Shown: one piece after another, positions 34,439-45,269 of the stretch | How the letters are laid out: each line of letters starts with the position of its first letter | Position numbering within the stretch: position 1 is the stretch's first letter | Assembly: GCA_025594325.1 (NCBI GenBank) | Contig: JANHCV010000005.1 | Location: 1,178,001-1,242,000 of the forward strand | Direction: 5' to 3' | DNA: 64,000 nucleotides | Source of the DNA: Blastocladiella emersonii ATCC 22665 | Lineage: Eukaryota > Fungi > Blastocladiomycota | Notes under the pieces: model-generated | What the model saw: only the letters and a program-made list of their open reading frames with translations | Databases searched by the model: none | What the model was told of the DNA's origin: nothing | Translations under genes and position numbers: made by a program

Positions 34439-35526
34439 ATGGAAACTGTCGGAGCAACTACCCGCAATGGAGCCGGGTCGGGCAAGAGCCTTGCCTATGT
34501 CCCGCTCGAGGAGGGCAAGGAGGTGACGGCGATCCCGCCCAAGGTCCTCAGCGAGCCCGTGGTCGTTGTGCGGCATCTCACCAAGAGTATGCTCTTCGGC
34601 TACGGTTACCTTATGGATGACCACTCATGAATGATGCATCACGTAGCCTTCAAGGCCAGCGGCGCCGACGGCGAGACGGTGCACGCTTTACGCGACGTGC
34701 ACCTGGCGCCCGACTGCGAGTTCCTTCCCATCCGCCGCGGCGAGTTTGTCTGCCTGCGAGGCGTGAGCGGCGGCGGCAAGACGACCCTGCTCAACATCAT
34801 CGGGACCATCGACACGGCGACCTCGGGCACCGTCGAGATCCTGGGCGACGTGGTCAACGAGCGGTCGCCCGACGCGTACCTGTCGGACCTGCGGCTGCAC
34901 CGGATCGGGTTCGTCTTCCAGTCGTTCAACCTGCTCGCCACCATGTCCGCGTTCGAGAACGTCGAGCTGCCCATGGCGATCGCGGGCAAGCTGAGCGTCA
35001 AGGAGCGGCGCGACCGCGCGCTCGAGTTGTTGGCGATGGTCGGGCTCCAGGACCGCGTCGCGCACTTACCGTCCGAGTTGTCAGGCGGAGAGCAGCAGCG
35101 CGTGTACGTCTCACGACACTTTGGCAGTGGATCGCGACCAAGACTAACTTCCCTCGCACCCCCGTCTGTCCAGAGCCGTCGCGCGCGCTCTCGCCAACTC
35201 GCCCGAGGTCCCTACTCCTAGACGAGCCAACGGGGGACCTCGACAGCAAGGCAACGGTGCAGGTCATGGACATCCTGCTGCGCATCAACCTCGAGCAGAA
35301 GACGACGTGCATCATGGTCACGCACAACCCGGACGTGGAGTGCTACGCCGACCGGCTCCTGTTCCTCGCCGACGGCCGGTTCACGCGCCAGGTGTTCAAC
35401 CAGGTCCAGCTTCCGCTCGTCCTCGAGGACTACCAGCGGTACCTCAAGGCGCGCGACCAGGGCGGGATCGACGAGGAACGGCCCGCGCGCGCGAAAGCGG
35501 TCGGGAACGACGACGATGACGAGTGA
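34439..35526 (+). CDS. Stand-alone ABC ATPase, LolD/MacB/FtsE-like (introns 34587-34646, 35104-35173)
   Basis: Walker A GVSGGGKTT, IGFVFQSFNLL, LSGGEQQRV|AVARALAN, LLLDEPTGDLD, MVTHN; no TM domain. Confidence 0.92.
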
Positions 35527-35838
35527 TTGATGGTGGGTTGATGTGGGAAACATGGAAGAATTTGACCTGTCTTCTTCGAAGAATATCAGTGCATGACATT
35601 CTCAGGCCACGGCATCGGATGGAGCAGCGCGCGCGACGCGCGACGCGAGTGAGTGTGATCCAACTGCTGATCCGCATGACCGCGAGCGAGCGCGCGAAAC
35701 GTGCGCCCACGCCCACGCGGTGGCGGCCCACCATGGCGCCGCCATCGCTCGGCGCAAGTCTATGCACGCGCGTGCATGAAACTCGCAGGCGAGAGCGGGC
35801 GCTTGCGCGGCGTTGCCACAGTCCGGCTCGGAGACGAG

Positions 35839-35845
35839 TATAAAG
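35839..35845 (+). promoter_or_regulatory. TATA box
   Basis: TATAAAG(TGC) 61 nt upstream of ATG 35900; conserved in the paralog at 36841. Confidence 0.65.
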
Positions 35846-35899
35846 TGCGCGCCCGCCCCTGCAGATCGCGCAGGCTCTCCGTCCGACCAACACGCAACG

Positions 35900-36613
35900 A
35901 TGACGAACGAAACGACTACGACTACTGCTGCTGCCCCGACCGCCGCCGCCGCGACCATCGAGGTCACCTCGACGACCGCCACGGCCGAGTCGGGCGCCGC
36001 TACGACGACGACCACCACCACTACGACCAGGACGACCACGACGTCGAGCGCCACGGTCGTCGACATCCCCGCCGACACGGCTGCGGCTGCTCCCGCTGCC
36101 GAGGCGACGGCCGCCACGACCTCGACTGCGATCACCGAGACGCGCGAGGTGACATCGACCGAGACCACGACCGCGGCCAAGAAGGCGGTCGACGACGAGG
36201 AGGAGCACATCAAGTCGAGCTGCTGCTGCTGCGTCGAGATCCGCGCGGGCGTGCTGTTCCTCCTGGGCCTCGGCTTCGTTATGAATTTCATCACGCTCGT
36301 CATGAGCATCGGCAAGTACGACACGTCGGTCCTCAGCATGACCTTCAACGGCCTCAACATCCTCTTCTCGGCGTGGGGTCTCTGGGCCGCCGCCAACCGC
36401 CACGCGGGCTCGTTCTCCGCGTTCGCCTTGGTCAACGTCGCGCTCGTGTTCCTCGGGATCATCGTCGTCTTCTTCATGACGGGTCCGCTGCTGCTGCTGA
36501 TCGGGGTCTTCTTCATCCTGCCCGGCTACTTCGCCTACGTGTACCTCCAGTACGCCAAAGTCCTCAAATTTGAGAAGGACAAGGAGGTCGCTGAGAAGGC
36601 GGTCGCTGCTTGA
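35900..36613 (+). CDS. LAPTM-like four-TM protein with Thr/Ala-rich N-terminus, paralog 1
   Basis: SCCCCVEIRAGVLFLLG followed by four hydrophobic segments; intronless. Confidence 0.8.
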   Translation: MTNETTTTTAAAPTAAAATIEVTSTTATAESGAATTTTTTTTTRTTTTSSATVVDIPADTAAAAPAAEATAATTSTAITETREVTSTETTTAAKKAVDDEEEHIKSSCCCCVEIRAGVLFLLGLGFVMNFITLVMSIGKYDTSVLSMTFNGLNILFSAWGLWAAANRHAGSFSAFALVNVALVFLGIIVVFFMTGPLLLLIGVFFILPGYFAYVYLQYAKVLKFEKDKEVAEKAVAA

Positions 36614-36840
36614 AGCTCGTGGCGCTGCGCCGCTGTAATACACGTGGTTTGTTGTGTGACACTCCACAATCGTTTGAAGATCTGCGAGAGAACTCGCGTG
36701 ATTGATGCGATGATGGCGCGTGAGACAACGGGCGCCAGTTCGGCGCGACTCCCTGCGCGCGCGTGCCGTGTTTCAGGTCGCCGCCGCCGCCGTTGCCACA
36801 GTTGCAGGCACGCACGGGGCCATGGGAGCCGGCGCCCGGG

Positions 36841-36847
36841 TATAAAG
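36841..36847 (+). promoter_or_regulatory. TATA box
   Basis: TATAAAG(TGC) 80 nt upstream of ATG 36921. Confidence 0.65.
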
Positions 36848-36920
36848 TGCAGCCGCTCCCCCCGGATCTCTCCTCTCTCGACCAAAACAACGAGGCATCT
36901 TTACACGGATCAACGAATCA

Positions 36921-37625
36921 ATGAGCGCCGAGACGACCGCTACCACCACCACTACGACGGCGTCGGAGCCTGCGGCGGCGGCTCCCGCGACGGTCGAGTC
37001 GACGGCGACTGCAGCGCCCGCGGCTACGGCGACGACGGCCGAGTCGGCTGTCGCTACGTCGGCACCTGCTCCTGCTGCTGTGGTCGAGATCCCGACCGAG
37101 ACGGCAGAGGCGGCCACGGCCTCGTCGGCCGACGCCACGGCCGCCGCAGCTACCACCGAGGCGACGCGCGAGATGGCGACCGAGACCACGGCCAAGAAGA
37201 TCGTCGAGGAGGACGAGCACGTCAAGTCCAAGTGCTGCTGCTGCATCGAGATCCGCGCGGGCGTCGTGTTCCTGCTGGGCATCTCGCTGCTCCTGAACAT
37301 CATCTCCCTCTTCACGTCGATTGGCGGTCGCAACTCTTCGGCCGTGGTGACGACTATCTACGTTTTTGACGTGGTCGTCGGCGCGTGGGGGCTCTGGGCC
37401 GCCATGACGCGCAACGCGGACCAGTTCAGCATGTTCGCCATCTTCAACCTGCTGCTGCTCGGGCTCGGTGTGCTGCTGCTGTTCTTTGTTACGGGCCCGT
37501 TCATCGTCTTCTTCTTTGTGTTCATCGCGTGGCCCGCATACGTCGCGTGGGTGTACCTGCAGTACGCCAAGCGCCTCAAGGTCAAGGAGGCCAAGCATGT
37601 GGCCGAGAAGGCGGTCGGGGCTTGA
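36921..37625 (+). CDS. LAPTM-like four-TM protein, paralog 2
   Basis: KCCCCIEIRAGVVFLLG; C-terminus YLQYAKRLKVKEAKHVAEKAVGA matches paralog 1. Confidence 0.8.
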   Translation: MSAETTATTTTTTASEPAAAAPATVESTATAAPAATATTAESAVATSAPAPAAVVEIPTETAEAATASSADATAAAATTEATREMATETTAKKIVEEDEHVKSKCCCCIEIRAGVVFLLGISLLLNIISLFTSIGGRNSSAVVTTIYVFDVVVGAWGLWAAMTRNADQFSMFAIFNLLLLGLGVLLLFFVTGPFIVFFFVFIAWPAYVAWVYLQYAKRLKVKEAKHVAEKAVGA

Positions 37626-37720
37626 AGCTGGGCCTTGTGATGATACTGTAGATATAGACGAGATCATGTATTTCGACCAGCGGCGCACGCCACGCGCCGC
37701 AGCGGGACCCGACGGGTCCC

Positions 37721-38330
37721 CTACACAATCACCTCGAGCAGGTCGCGCTCCCACAGGAACGCCACAAGCGCGGCCGACCCAGCGCAGTCGAACAGGTTGA
37801 GCAGGCACCGGTACTCGCCGTCGAGCTTGAATTTGGCTGCGCCTGCGGTCGTCGGCGCTGCGGGCCGATCGTAGTTGGGCACGACGTGAACGAACGTCTG
37901 GAAGGCCGCCACGCTCACGGCGTGGTACCGACCGAGGCCCATACCCGGTTCCGCGGGATGCAGGGCAAGGACCTGTAACGGGATGTTCTTGCACTTTTTG
38001 CCGCCGCCCGGCGTGTCGTCCTGGACGCGGAACTGCTCGACGATGGCCACGTCGTGCTCGGTGCCGTTGTGCGTGAAGTGCAGCGCGGCGGCCAGCTTCC
38101 CAACGCGGTACTTCTTGTCCGACGTGAGATACTACCGTACGCGAGATAATAGCAGATGTTAGCGACCGAACGATTCGGGTATGAGCACAGCCAGCAGCGT
38201 ACCATGACCCAGTCCGCGTGCGTCTTGCCGCGGGTCGGGAACTCGCACGTTCCCGTGATCTGCTCGTTGCGGAACCCGCCGAGCGAGAAGGCCTCGAACG
38301 AGATTGCCTTGGACATGAGGAACTACACGC
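37721..38330 (-). mobile_element. Relic of a Plavaka-like transposase C-terminus
   Basis: GKTHADWVMV..KYRVGKLAAALHFTHNGTEHDVAIVEQF parallels GRQVHDGILF..EYRIGKLVQLLEF..HEAAVVDML of the transposase at 47874-51249. Confidence 0.5.
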
Positions 38331-39948
38331 ATCGCGAGCCGGGAAGCGTCAGTTTCTCTTCAATTTGATGCAGATCGCGCCCACGCGGATACCTTGCCGT
38401 CGTCAGGGCCCAGCAACGGATCGTCGGCCGCGCGCTGCGCCAAGAGTCCAGCGTCCTCTGCCAAGTAACCATGGAGGATCTGGGCGAGGCACTCTGACGT
38501 GCTGTTCCTCGGACTCGCTAAGGCGTTCGAGGTCAAATACAGCGAGATCCGATCCAGGGCATGCTCGATCACGGTGCGTTCTTGACCTGGTCCGCGGCCT
38601 AGGATGCGCGCTTCGAGCCCCTCGCAAACACGCACGTACGCGTCTCACTGCAGATCAAGCGGCAGTGTGCTGGCGCCAACATCGACAAGACCAAGGTCCT
38701 CGACTCACTGCAGTGCAAGGATCAGTCGCCCTCGGCTACGAGGTCCACGCGGTACGTCTCGCGCGCACTGCCCCTCTCTCTCTCCGCGTCGCTGACCTTG
38801 CGCCCCTCCGCGCCAGGGCAACGACACTCGGCGGCGCAGAAGTCCAAGCCCGACTCGCTGCGACGGTCGGTGACCGTGGCCATCGCCGACGCCAAGTGCG
38901 AGATCACGTCGCTCAAGGAGATCAAGGGCGCCAGCCTCCGCGCGGCCATCAAGCGCACCCACTCAGCCCGATCAAGATCGACTGCCACGTCGAAGGTGGG
39001 CGGGCGGCCACGGGTCGGCGGCATCGAGACCGAGCTCAAGCACTCGTTCCCGCGCATCAAGGAGTGGCGGCGACGGCGGCCGCGGAAGAGCTCGGGCCGC
39101 GAGCGCCGGATGGGCGCGGTTGCGGCCGCGAGCAGCGGCGTATCATGATTAAAACAGACCTATTATTCGAATCGGTCTATCGGAATGCCTATCAGGGTGA
39201 GCACGTGATTCTATATTGAGGCGCAGCGCGTCCGGCGGCGCGAACCAGGCGCGACCTCTTGCGCCAGCGTTTGCGCGAACCGAGGCCCGGGTTTGCGCAT
39301 ACATGGGGTCTCGATGGTGCCCAACATCGGCCCCTTTGCGCAAACCCTCGCGCAACGGGTCGCGCAAGCGGGGTTCGCGCAAGGGTTTGTGCCAACCGAT
39401 GCGCAAAGGACCAATGGCTGGGAGCCGTTTCGGCGATGGAGGCGGCAGCGTTGACTGAAGCGACCGTCCCGTGTGACTGGCAGCCGGTGCTAATAAGAGC
39501 TTGCGTGTTTGTTTGTGTGTGCGAGAACGCCAAGCTTCGTATATGTTTCGAAGCGCAACATTGGGATGCGACCGAGATCGACGCGCCGCGCCACACGCGT
39601 GCGACACGTGTGTGGCTCAGCGCGAGAGCTCCGAGTTCGCCACTACGCTCGCCGACGGCTCCAACCTGAGCTCCAACAACTCGTTCAGGCAAAGATCAAG
39701 TTTCTGGCTATGGGCCAGCCCGACCTTGCTTCTCTCAAACGCGACCACGTCAAGCCAGCTGCCAGCCCGCACGCCAAGTCGTTCCCCGCTCGCTCACCCT
39801 GATCGCAGATCCTCGCTTTCGTTCCGTCAGCGATGTTCATAGACTTGATTGTATGCACGTATATAGAAGACAGATCACGATGTGGGGAACAGCAGGAAGT
39901 CACGCAAAGCACACAGCGCGGCGCTCGTCGCGCCGTACCAAGAGATTT

Positions 39949-42894
39949 TTACTGCAGCTTGACGGCAGCAAACTTCTCCGCGAGCTCGACGGCCTTGTCG
40001 ACAGCGTCGGCGTTGGTGCCGGCGCCCTGGGCCGACTCGTCGCGGCCGCCCTTCTTGCCGCCGACGGCGTTAGCGACGACGTCGACCCAGTCGATGGCCT
40101 TGAGCTTGCCGTGGAGCGACTTGTCGACGTAGGCGTGGTATGAGACCTTGTCGCCGTCGACGGCGAGGACGAGCGCGGCCTTGCCCTCCTGGCCCTTGAC
40201 GGCGTTGATGGCCGACACGAGCGCCTTGGTGTTGCCGCCGACGTTGAGGACGCGGACCAGGTACGGCTTGGCGTCGTCGCGGGCAAAGTACGCCTTGACC
40301 TCCTCGGTGGCAGCCGACGCGAGCGCGGCCTTCTGGGCCTTGTCCCAGTCGTCGAACGTCTTCTTGAGCGCCGCGAGCAGGTCGCGGGCCTGCGCCTTGA
40401 CGAGCGCCGACAGCGGGCGGGCGTCCACCTCCTTGGCGGCCTCCTTGACGGCCTCGCCGAGCACGTGGCCCTTGAGCTCCTTGAGCGTGGCGAGGTGCGC
40501 GAGGAAGGCCTTGCCCTCGGCGTGCGCGGCGAGCGCCTCGTGGCCGGTCACGGCGACGATGCGGCGGACGCCCTTGGCGATGGCCGTCTCCTCCATGACG
40601 GCGAAGGCGGCGAGCTCGCGCGTCGTGGGCGCGTGGGTGCCGCCGCACAGCTCGATCGAGTAGTTGTTCCACTCGGCGTTGTCGGGCGTGCGCAGCAGGT
40701 CCTCGACCGAGACACCGACCGACACGACGCGCACGGGGTCCGGGTACACCTCGCCGAACACGGCGCGCAGGCCGTTGATGGACTTGGCGGCGGCGAGCGG
40801 CACCTCCTTGGCGTACACGGGGTACGCCTTGGTGATGACGCGCGTGGCCTCGGCCTCGACCTCGGCGAGCTGCTTGGCGGTGAGCGCGGCCTTGGCCGAG
40901 AAGTCGAAGCGGAGCTTGGCGGGGGCGACGAGGGAACCCTTCTGGTCGACGCCGTCGCCAATGGCCTTGCGCAGGGCGTGGTTGAGGACGTGGGTGGCAG
41001 TGTGGTTGTTGCGGAGGGGCCAGCGGCGCAGCTCGTCGTAGGTGGAGACGACCGTCTGGCCGACCTCGAGGGTGCCGTACTTGAGGGTGCCCGTGTGCAG
41101 CACGTAGCCGCCGTACACCTGCACGTTCTCGACGGCGAACTCGAGCGACCCGTCGATGGCGAGCGAGCCCGTGTCGAACTCCTGGCCGCCCGACTCGGCG
41201 TAGAAGTTGGTGCGGTCGAGCAGCACGCCGACGACGTTGCCCTCGGCGACCGACTTGACCCAGGCGTGCTCGGGGTTGGCGAGGCCGCCCTCGGGGTGCG
41301 GGTGGTAGATGGCGACGACCGTGGCGTCGAGCGTGGGCTGCGAGTACTTGGGCAGGTCGTCGGTCTTGGGGAACCCGCGGACCTCGGCCTCCTTGATGGC
41401 GTGCACGTCGAGCTTGACCTGCTTCTCGCCCTGCGCGTCCTTGCGGCGGCGCGACAGCTCCTTGGCGCGGGCCTGCTCGGCCTCGAACTCGGCCTCGTTG
41501 ACGGACATGCCCTTCTCCTCGGCCATGAGGCGGGTGAGGTCGATCGGGAAGCCGAACGTGTCGTAGAGGCGCCACGCGTCGGCGCCGGCAATGAACTTCT
41601 GGTCCTTGCCGGCCTTGGCGACGATGCCCTCGAACAGCTTGAGGCCGCGGTCGAGCGTCTTGGCGAAGGCGGCCTCCTCCTCGTCGAGGATCTGCTTGAC
41701 CGTGTCGACGTGCTCGCGGACCTCGGGGAAGAAGCCGCCGAGGTGCTCGGCGACGACGTCGACGAGCGACGAGAAGAAGGTGCCGATGGGCACGTTGAAG
41801 CCGTTGCGGGCGTAGCGGACACCGCGGCGCAGGATGCGGCGCAGGACGTAGCCGCGGCCGTCGTTGGAGGGCACGCCGCCGTCCGAGATGGAGATGGTGA
41901 GGGTGCGGATGTGGTCGGCGACGACGCGGTACGCCATGTCGACGCCGTCGGCGTCCTCGGCGCCGAGCTTGCCGGCGTAGGGGCGGGCGCCCGTCACCTC
42001 CTGGATGCGGGCGAAGATCGGGGTGAAGACGTCCGTGTCGTAGTTGGACATCTTGCCCTGCAGGGCGCACACGAGGCGCTCGAAGCCCATGCCCGTGTCG
42101 ACGTGCTTGGCGGGCAGCTTGCGCAGCGACGCGTCGGCCTCGCGGTTGAACTGGATGAAGACGAGGTTCCAGATCTCGATGAGGGTCGGGTCGTCGGCGT
42201 TGACGAGCTCGGGCACGAAGCGGCTGCCGATCAGGTCGTAGTGGATCTCGGAGCAGGGGCCGCAGGGTCCCTGGTCGCCCATCTCTGTTGTTTTCGGGGA
42301 GAGTTAGTGGATCGGTCGAGCAGCGAGTGAGAGAAGAGTCAGAAACGTGCCCCAGAAGTTCTCCTTGGTGCCGCAGGGGATCACGCGGTCGGCGGGGACG
42401 CCGAGCTTGAGCCACAGGTCGCGGGCCTCGGTGTCGGGCAGCAGGCCCTGCTTGTCGTCGCCGCCAAAGTAGGTGACGTACAGCCTCTCCTTGTCGAGGC
42501 CAAAGACCTTGGTGAGCAGGTCCCAGGCCCAGGCGATGGCCTCGGCCTTGAAGTAGTTGCCGAAGGACCAGTTGCCGAGCATCTCGAAGAAGGTGTGGTG
42601 GTACGTGTCCTTGCCGACGTCGTCGAGGTCGTTGTGCTTGCCGCCGGCGCGGATGCACTTCTGCGAGTTGGCGGCGCGCGTCAGCTTGGCCATGGGCGCG
42701 GCCGGGTCGACGGTGCCGAGGAACACGGGCTTGAACTGGTTCATGCCGGCGTTGGCGAACAGCAGCGTCGGGTCGTCGTGCGGGATCGTCTTGGACGACG
42801 GCACGAAGGCGTGGCCCTGCTTCTCGACAAAGTACTTGATGAACTCGGCGCGCACGCGCTGCGCGGTCCACTGCTCGGGCGTGGTGGCCGACAT
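39949..42894 (-). CDS. ALA1: Alanyl-tRNA synthetase (GC-AG intron 42285-42350)
   Basis: [33 protein letters not shown]|[33 protein letters not shown]. Confidence 0.98.
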
Positions 42895-43231
42895 GGTGGT
42901 TGGGTGATACGTTTCGTCCGTGCGGGGATCCGTTCGGGGAGAGCGAGAGCCGACTCGTCCCTTTCGAGTGGGATCGGACGCCGCCCTCGCTCGCCGAGCA
43001 GCGGAGAAGCGCGGGAGGTGACTTTACCCCCACGTGGGCCTCACGTTTCGGCCAGCCGATCGGCGCGCCTGCCACTCCTCTCACCGGCAGCACGCCATCA
43101 TTCCGCCCCGCTCAACCTTGAACCGCCTGCTGTTTCCCTTGCTCACCGCCGTGTATCACTCGCCGTGAACCCCACGCTCGTCGCTCGGGCACCCCACTAC
43201 CTGCAACGCATCACCCACACGCATCGACACC

Positions 43232-44322
43232 ATGCTCTCGTCCGCGGCCTCGATCGGCTCGCGCATGGCCGCCGGCCTCAACCTGACCGCCAAGCGTGTA
43301 TGCCCGCCCGCCGTCAGCGTACCCCACACGCCCGCTCACCCGGACGCACGCTGCGCCTAGTTCCGCCACACGAGCAACCTGTACCCGACGTACATGCTCG
43401 AGGACGTCAAGAACGTCGGCAAGGCCGGTGAGATTGTCATGCTGCGCGGTATGCTGCCTCTCTACGCCGACCGCGCATCGCCCGAGACCTCACCCGCGCC
43501 CGCATCCCCTCACCGTGTCGTCTAGCCGGTTACGCCCGAAACTTCATCCAGGGCACCAACAAGGGTCTCATGGTCCCGCGCGACGAGCGCGGCTTCCGCC
43601 TGCACCAGTCCGTCTACGCGCAGCTCGGCTTCCCGATCAAGACCATCCTCGGCTACTACGAGGGCACCGTCGAGCCCAAGTCCAAGGGCGAGTCGTTCCG
43701 CACCTCGTCGCTCGACGGCCTCACGGGCTCCTCCTCCGCCTCGGCCCAGCCCACCGTCGCCAACCTGCTCGCCGCCCGCTCCGAGATCGCCCGCGTCCTG
43801 CGCGCCTCGCTGCAGGCCAACCCCGTCCGCATCTCCGCCGCCGCCGACGAGAAGGGCGCCCTGTACGGCTCCGTGTCGCCCTCCACGGTCCTCGACGAGT
43901 GGCACCGCCGCGGTATCAACGGCCTGTCCGTCGCCATCAAGCACGCCGACCAGATCTACTTCTGGAGCCCCGACGAGGGCGGCAAGGTCCGCAAGGTCAA
44001 GTCCGCCGGCGTCTACAAGGCCGGCGTCTCTGTCCCCATGGTCGGCAACATCGAGTTCGAGGTCGAGATCGTCGGCACCCTCCCGCAGGCCCTCGACCGC
44101 GCCCAGCCTACCGCGGCCGCCGTTCGCCGCGCCGCTGCCGTGGCCGAGTCCCGTGAGGCCGAGGCCGCTGCCGCCGCTGCCGCCGCGGCGGCTGGCGAGT
44201 CTACCGAGACCGCTGCTGCTGCTCCCCCATCTGCTGCTGATTCCGAGACCGCTTCTGCCGCTGCCCCCGCGCCAGCAGCACCAGAGGCTGCCGCTCCTGC
44301 CGCGCCCAAGACGGCCGCTTAG
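43232..44322 (+). CDS. MRPL9: Mitochondrial ribosomal protein bL9m (introns 43298-43360, 43449-43525)
   Basis: Presequence-like start; YMLEDVKNVGKAGEIVMLR|AGYARNF (L9 N-terminal); GALYGSVS (L9 C-terminal). Confidence 0.8.
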
Positions 44323-44541
44323 ACTCGCTCCCCCGTCCGTGTATTTTGCTCTCTCCAGTTCCCTCCACCATCACTATAGTCAACCCTTTTTCAAACTGCC
44401 CCGCACAGCAGGCTCGTGGAGGGAACGAGAAGTGACGGACGCTCCGCGAGCGCCGACCCGAGCGGCGATGACCTCTGGGCCGCGGCTCGCACTCCGCCCG
44501 ATCCCTCACGGACTACCATGGAACTCTACCCGCGCGGTAAC

Positions 44542-44859
44542 ATGCAGCAAAGCCTTACAGACTACTTGCCCATCAGCATCCTCGAATCGGTCTTTCGCCT
44601 CGCGACGCCGCGGCGGATCGTCCTGGCGTCGTTGCGCGAACTCTTCCACTTGACTCGCTCAGCCCAAGTTCGCCCAGTCTGGCTCAAGCGCTGCATAGTT
44701 GCGGCTGTGGGCAGCGACGATCGCCCGCATCTCAATGCAAACCCCAACCTTGCAATGTCCCAAAGCGAGCCTGACATTGGCAAGCTAATCTTCAAACGCG
44801 GGCTTTACTACGACGCGGCCTGCCATCCTTCACTAACGCCGAGTCGCCTCACACCACTT
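44542..44859 (+). pseudogene. F-box-like family copy 1, 5' half (disrupted by the Plavaka insertion)
   Basis: MQQSLTDYLPISILESVFRLATPRR..RLTPL aligns with 55982 copy residues up to TPL. Confidence 0.9.
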
Positions 44860-45269
44860 CATCGTGAGTTTTTTTTTGGGGGTCGATTCGGTGCGTTTGG
44901 TGCGGTCGCGGCGGGGGACTGAATCCAAGTACTTATCGCGAATTCACGGAAATCCACCGAATTCTGCGACCGCAATCAAATTCCCAACCTCTCCTCGAAT
45001 TCGCGGCCCCTGGCCGGATCCCCAGCTAGTACCTGAACCCGCCACGACCACACAAAATTGCAGAAGCAGCTTGGATACGGCCTCCCTGAATGAATTGGTC
45101 ACCTCACTGAAATGCGACAGCATTCCTCAAAACCTGGTCAGCGCGCAGAACCTCACCAGCGACGGATTATCCCGCGCCGCTCTCAATATTAGATAGCTCG
45201 CGCTGTGGAGAATGAACAATACAATCGATGATAGATGAGGGGGGCAAGGTGTATATTGCAGGGAATCAA

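Noticed and set aside
34439-35526. Bacterial contamination or very recent HGT as the source of the ABC ATPase
   Set aside because: Two spliceosomal introns and host-like codon usage show it is a resident nuclear gene.
38640-39148. Exon-like plus-strand fragments (IKRQCAGANIDKTK.., SLRRSVTVAIADAK..)
   Set aside because: Possible gene remnant, but no start or family could be supported.
39875-39882. TCACGATG matching the Plavaka terminus (also at 63911; CATCGTGA at about 14299)
   Set aside because: An 8-mer is expected by chance in 64 kb; there is no partner end, TSD or subterminal similarity.
40070-43093. 1007-aa minus-strand ORF and 621-aa plus-strand ORF over ALA1
   Set aside because: Alternative-frame and antisense shadows caused by high GC3 codon bias; Arg/Pro/Gly-rich with no motifs.
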